DNA of 63,950 bases, filler included. It is 14 parts of 14 records of this genome, joined end to end, with 100 filler letters (N's around TTAATTAATTAA, not from the genome) between each part and the next. Parts side by side here need not be neighbours in the genome. Positions count along the whole stretch, not along the records: positions 60,940 to 63,950 come from SRR7504441_81385; 13 more parts are not named here. One strand, written 5' to 3'. Below are positions 61,016 through 63,950 of the stretch, in pieces. The translations under genes and the position numbers were made by a program. The notes beneath the pieces are model-generated. The model worked only from the letters and a program-made list of their open reading frames with translations, had not been told where the DNA came from and made no database searches. Within the stretch, counting starts at the first letter, position 1, and each line of letters starts with the position of its first letter.

Positions 61016-63509
61016 ATGTCCGGTGCAGCTCGGAGCCAGGGCGGCACTGTCGTGGTCTACCAGAACGAGCGGCGGGATGGGGTGCGCTGGGGGGCGCCCC
61101 GATCGCAGGAGGCGCCGGCCTGGGGCGACAGCACCGGTCGGATCTCGTACCAGGGCGGGATCGGGGCTGTGGTCCTCTCCGGCAAGTTCGGCTGGGTGAC
61201 GCCCTGGCAGCCCGGCCCGTGGCGCTTCGCATCCAAGTTCCAAGGCGGCCGCTGGACCGACCAGATGGACTGGCGCAGTTTCGTCCGCCGCCGCGCCTGG
61301 TCGCGCCGGTACGACTGCCGCCCGCCCAAGCCACCTGCTGGCCCACCGCCCGGCGCGCCCCCGGCCGCCCCGCCGCCGCCCAGCGCACCGGCACCCGTCG
61401 CTGCGCCGCCCCGGCCACCGGCACCCAGCGCTGCGCCGCGGCCGCCCACAGCGCCAGTGGGGCCGCCACCGGGTGGGCCGTTCGGTCTGCGGATGTCGGA
61501 GGGCGTCGACGGACTGGACCGGTGCCGGGCCGGGCGGGCGGCCGGCAGCGGCGGGCAGGGAGGACAAGCGGAGCCAGCGGGAGCGGCTGCACCGGGAGGC
61601 GGGTACGCTGCGAGGCACGCTCGAGCGGCTGTTCGGGGAGCGACTGCCGTGCACGGAGAGCCAGTTTGTGATCCGGCCCGCGGTGGTGTAACGGGAGCGG
61701 CTCGAGTGAGCGGCCGGACAGGATGTGGATCCGGACATCGACCAGAAGTGCTGCCGGTACCTGCACGAGTACATCGGCCGGATGCACGCCGAGCAGGGGG
61801 TGCGAGTGCGGCCGCTGAACACGACCGGCGATGGAAGCTGCCTGACCCACGCGCTGTCGAGAGGGCTTTGGGGGGTCGAAATATTCTCGGCGGTGCTTCG
61901 GGTCCACCTAAAGCGAGAGCTCGAGCAGCACGCCGCGTGCCCGCCGGGCTAGGCTGGCTGACAGGGGGGCAGGTGGTACATCAGTCGAGCTGGCAAGAAG
62001 GAGTGGAGATCCGCAGTAGACCAAGTGTCCGCGCGCTCCGGCGGCCAGCGAGCTGTGTGGCAGGCGGGGACTGACCGGTCCTACCTGAGTAACCTGCACA
62101 TCGCCGGGCTGGCCAACGTGCTTTGCCGGCCGATTGTGATGCTTGCGTCTCAGCAGGACGTAGACAAATTCGGAACAGGCTACTGGGGGGTGGCCGGCCG
62201 GTACAACCCGATCCGACGGGCAAGCTGGTGCGGCCAGTGCGGACTGGGCCAACCGGGCGGCAGGGACCCGGCCAGCCCGCTGTGTGTGGCCTGGCAGAGC
62301 TCGTCGCACGACCACTTTGTGCCGGTAACCTGGTACAAAGACAGCCCGTGCCCAAGCTGGATGCTCCCCCAGGCGACCCGGCCGGCCAATCCTCCTGACA
62401 TGCGGTGCAAGGTATCCGGCGAGCGCCCGCCGACCAGTCTGGACAAGTTCGAAGCAAACTGCGCCGACGCAGGAGAAGAGAGCCGCAGCCCAGTAGCAAG
62501 CGACGTGCTCGGTGCGCTGCGCTCCAGGCCGGTCGGAGCTGGAGGACAGAGCCAGAGTTTGTGTGCGGGCTGATCCATAGGGTAAAGCAGCTGCACGTGC
62601 AGGCCCAGCAGATCGCGCACAGCGGGGCACCCGACGCACGAGCCCAGATACAGGCGCTGCTGCAGTTCAGCACAGTAGCGGAGCTCGCAGGGCCGGCGGC
62701 CGAGGCCGAGCCGTGCGACGATGACCACGTGAACAGGTCCGGCCGCAGATGGCCCGGCCCGAGCGCAGGCCAGGTGGGCGCGGAGTGGCCGAGGGTTCAC
62801 TGTGGTGGGAGACTGCGGCGCCACACCGCAGCCGCACGTGCCCCAACCTCTGCCAACGCTGCTGAGTGTGCCCGCAGGCGACAGTCAGCGTGTCGGAGCC
62901 GCCGAGCCCGCCAGCGCTCCCGGAGACGGCGCTGATGATTGTAGCTCGGGTGGCTGGCGAGGGCGAGCCCTGGTCAGGTGGGCGAAGAGCTCAAACGGAT
63001 CAGCCAGCTGGATCAGATGAACGTTATGCCCGACCCGAGCCACCCACTCTCATGGCGGGTGCGCGCACGGCCCAGCCCGCGCGGCGAGCTGGCTCAGGTG
63101 GAGCTGGACCAGGCCGGCCGGAGCTGCGTGTGCGGCCTCGAGTTCCCGCGCGGCTACCCGACCGACCCACCCTGCTTGAGCCTTCTGACGGTGCACTCGC
63201 CCAGCACCCTGGCGCCAGCCGCGGCCAGCTCGACGGGAGACCTGCCAAGCGGGACGGCGCTGCCAAGCTCCCGGATTGGCGGGCTGCCGATGGGGTGCTG
63301 CCGCAGCTCCGAGCCGTCCAGCGCTGGATGCGCGATGGGTGCTCTGCCACTAGGCCCGGCCGAGTGGTGGCAGGCTGGTGCTGGAGAGCAGGCCGGGAGA
63401 GCCTTTGACAGTCAGCGAGGAAAGCCACCAGCGGAGTAGCAGCAGCTCGGCGTACGAAGAGCTGTTCGGGTCGGGAGGGCACACTGTGCAGGAGCTGTTC
63501 GATCGGTGA
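61016..63509 (+). CDS. DysF + Pro-rich linker + VCPIP1-like OTU deubiquitinase + UBC/RWD-like domain
   Basis: VYQNERR...W...FVRRRAWSR (DysF); TTGDGSCLTHALSR, LHIAGLANVLCRPI, PLCVAWQSSSHDHFVP (OTU); LEFPRGYPTDPP (UBC/RWD). About 10 short GT-AG introns; TGA at 63507-63509. Confidence 0.75.
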
Positions 63510-63950
63510 GGCCAGGGCTGTTATTTTTATTACTGTTGCTGCTATTGTTACTACTTGTACTTGTATATTAGAGCGAGGCCGGGGCAGGTTTGCAAGCTCG
63601 TACGACAAGCTGATCTCCCGGTCCCAGCTGGTCTGCCTGCTGGTGCTCGCAAAGCAAGGCAGCTCGGTGGTCTGGGCCCAGCAGATGGCAGACAAGATCG
63701 TCTCAGCCAAGCAAGTCGGCCAATCCAGGTCAGCTGCCCCGCCCGCCTTGCCAGAGCCTCGGCAGCCGCGTCTCGCTCGAAGGCCTCTCACAGTTTATTG
63801 AGCTCAGCCCGACGCTCGCCGAGTGTTTCGCGCCGCCCGCCGACTGGGAGGGCGACCGGGTTGCTGCCGAGGCCCAAGAGCTCCAACGAAGGGTCACACT
63901 CACCCTCGAGCCGTTGACGCCGCTCGAACCGCTCAGTGCCCCCCCCCCCC

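Noticed and set aside
18368-63509. Apparent cluster of three deubiquitinases plus RhoGAP/RhoGEF and trafficking genes
   Set aside because: They lie on different contigs, so co-occurrence in this window gives no linkage evidence.
63568-63950. Possible minus-strand gene end at the window edge
   Set aside because: I could not build a consistent spliced frame or recognise any motif.

Overview
This is not one continuous locus. It is 14 short contigs (about 3-7 kb each) joined by artificial 100-nt linkers (44 N + TTAATTAATTAA + 44 N), so adjacency across a linker means nothing. The DNA comes from a compact, GC-rich eukaryote, probably a protist metagenome-assembled or single-cell genome, and uses the standard genetic code. 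Genes are densely interrupted by very short (about 35-50 nt) spliceosomal introns, an unusually large share with GC donors. Many genes lie head-to-head across 50-150 bp. Recognisable genes: pepsin-family protease, C45-family amidase fragment, zinc-ribbon-less sirtuin, SET-domain methyltransferase with a signal peptide, SMN, GH43 hydrolase, CCDC22, USP20/33-like and USP7-like deubiquitinases, pentapeptide-repeat protein, VAMP7, bacterial-type aconitase B with a mitochondrial-like presequence, PYM1, exocyst Sec3 and a DH-PH RhoGEF. Most notable: (i) an intronless AT-less modular PKS fragment with an in-line flavin monooxygenase (KS end-FMO-ACP-KS); (ii) a spliced ABHD17-like hydrolase-ankyrin-RhoGAP-like fusion; (iii) a DysF-OTU-UBC/RWD fusion; (iv) the GC-AG-rich mini-intron system; (v) a recurrent MYB-type YAACKG motif just upstream of many start codons. 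All gene models and domain calls were made by eye and need RNA-seq/HMM confirmation.
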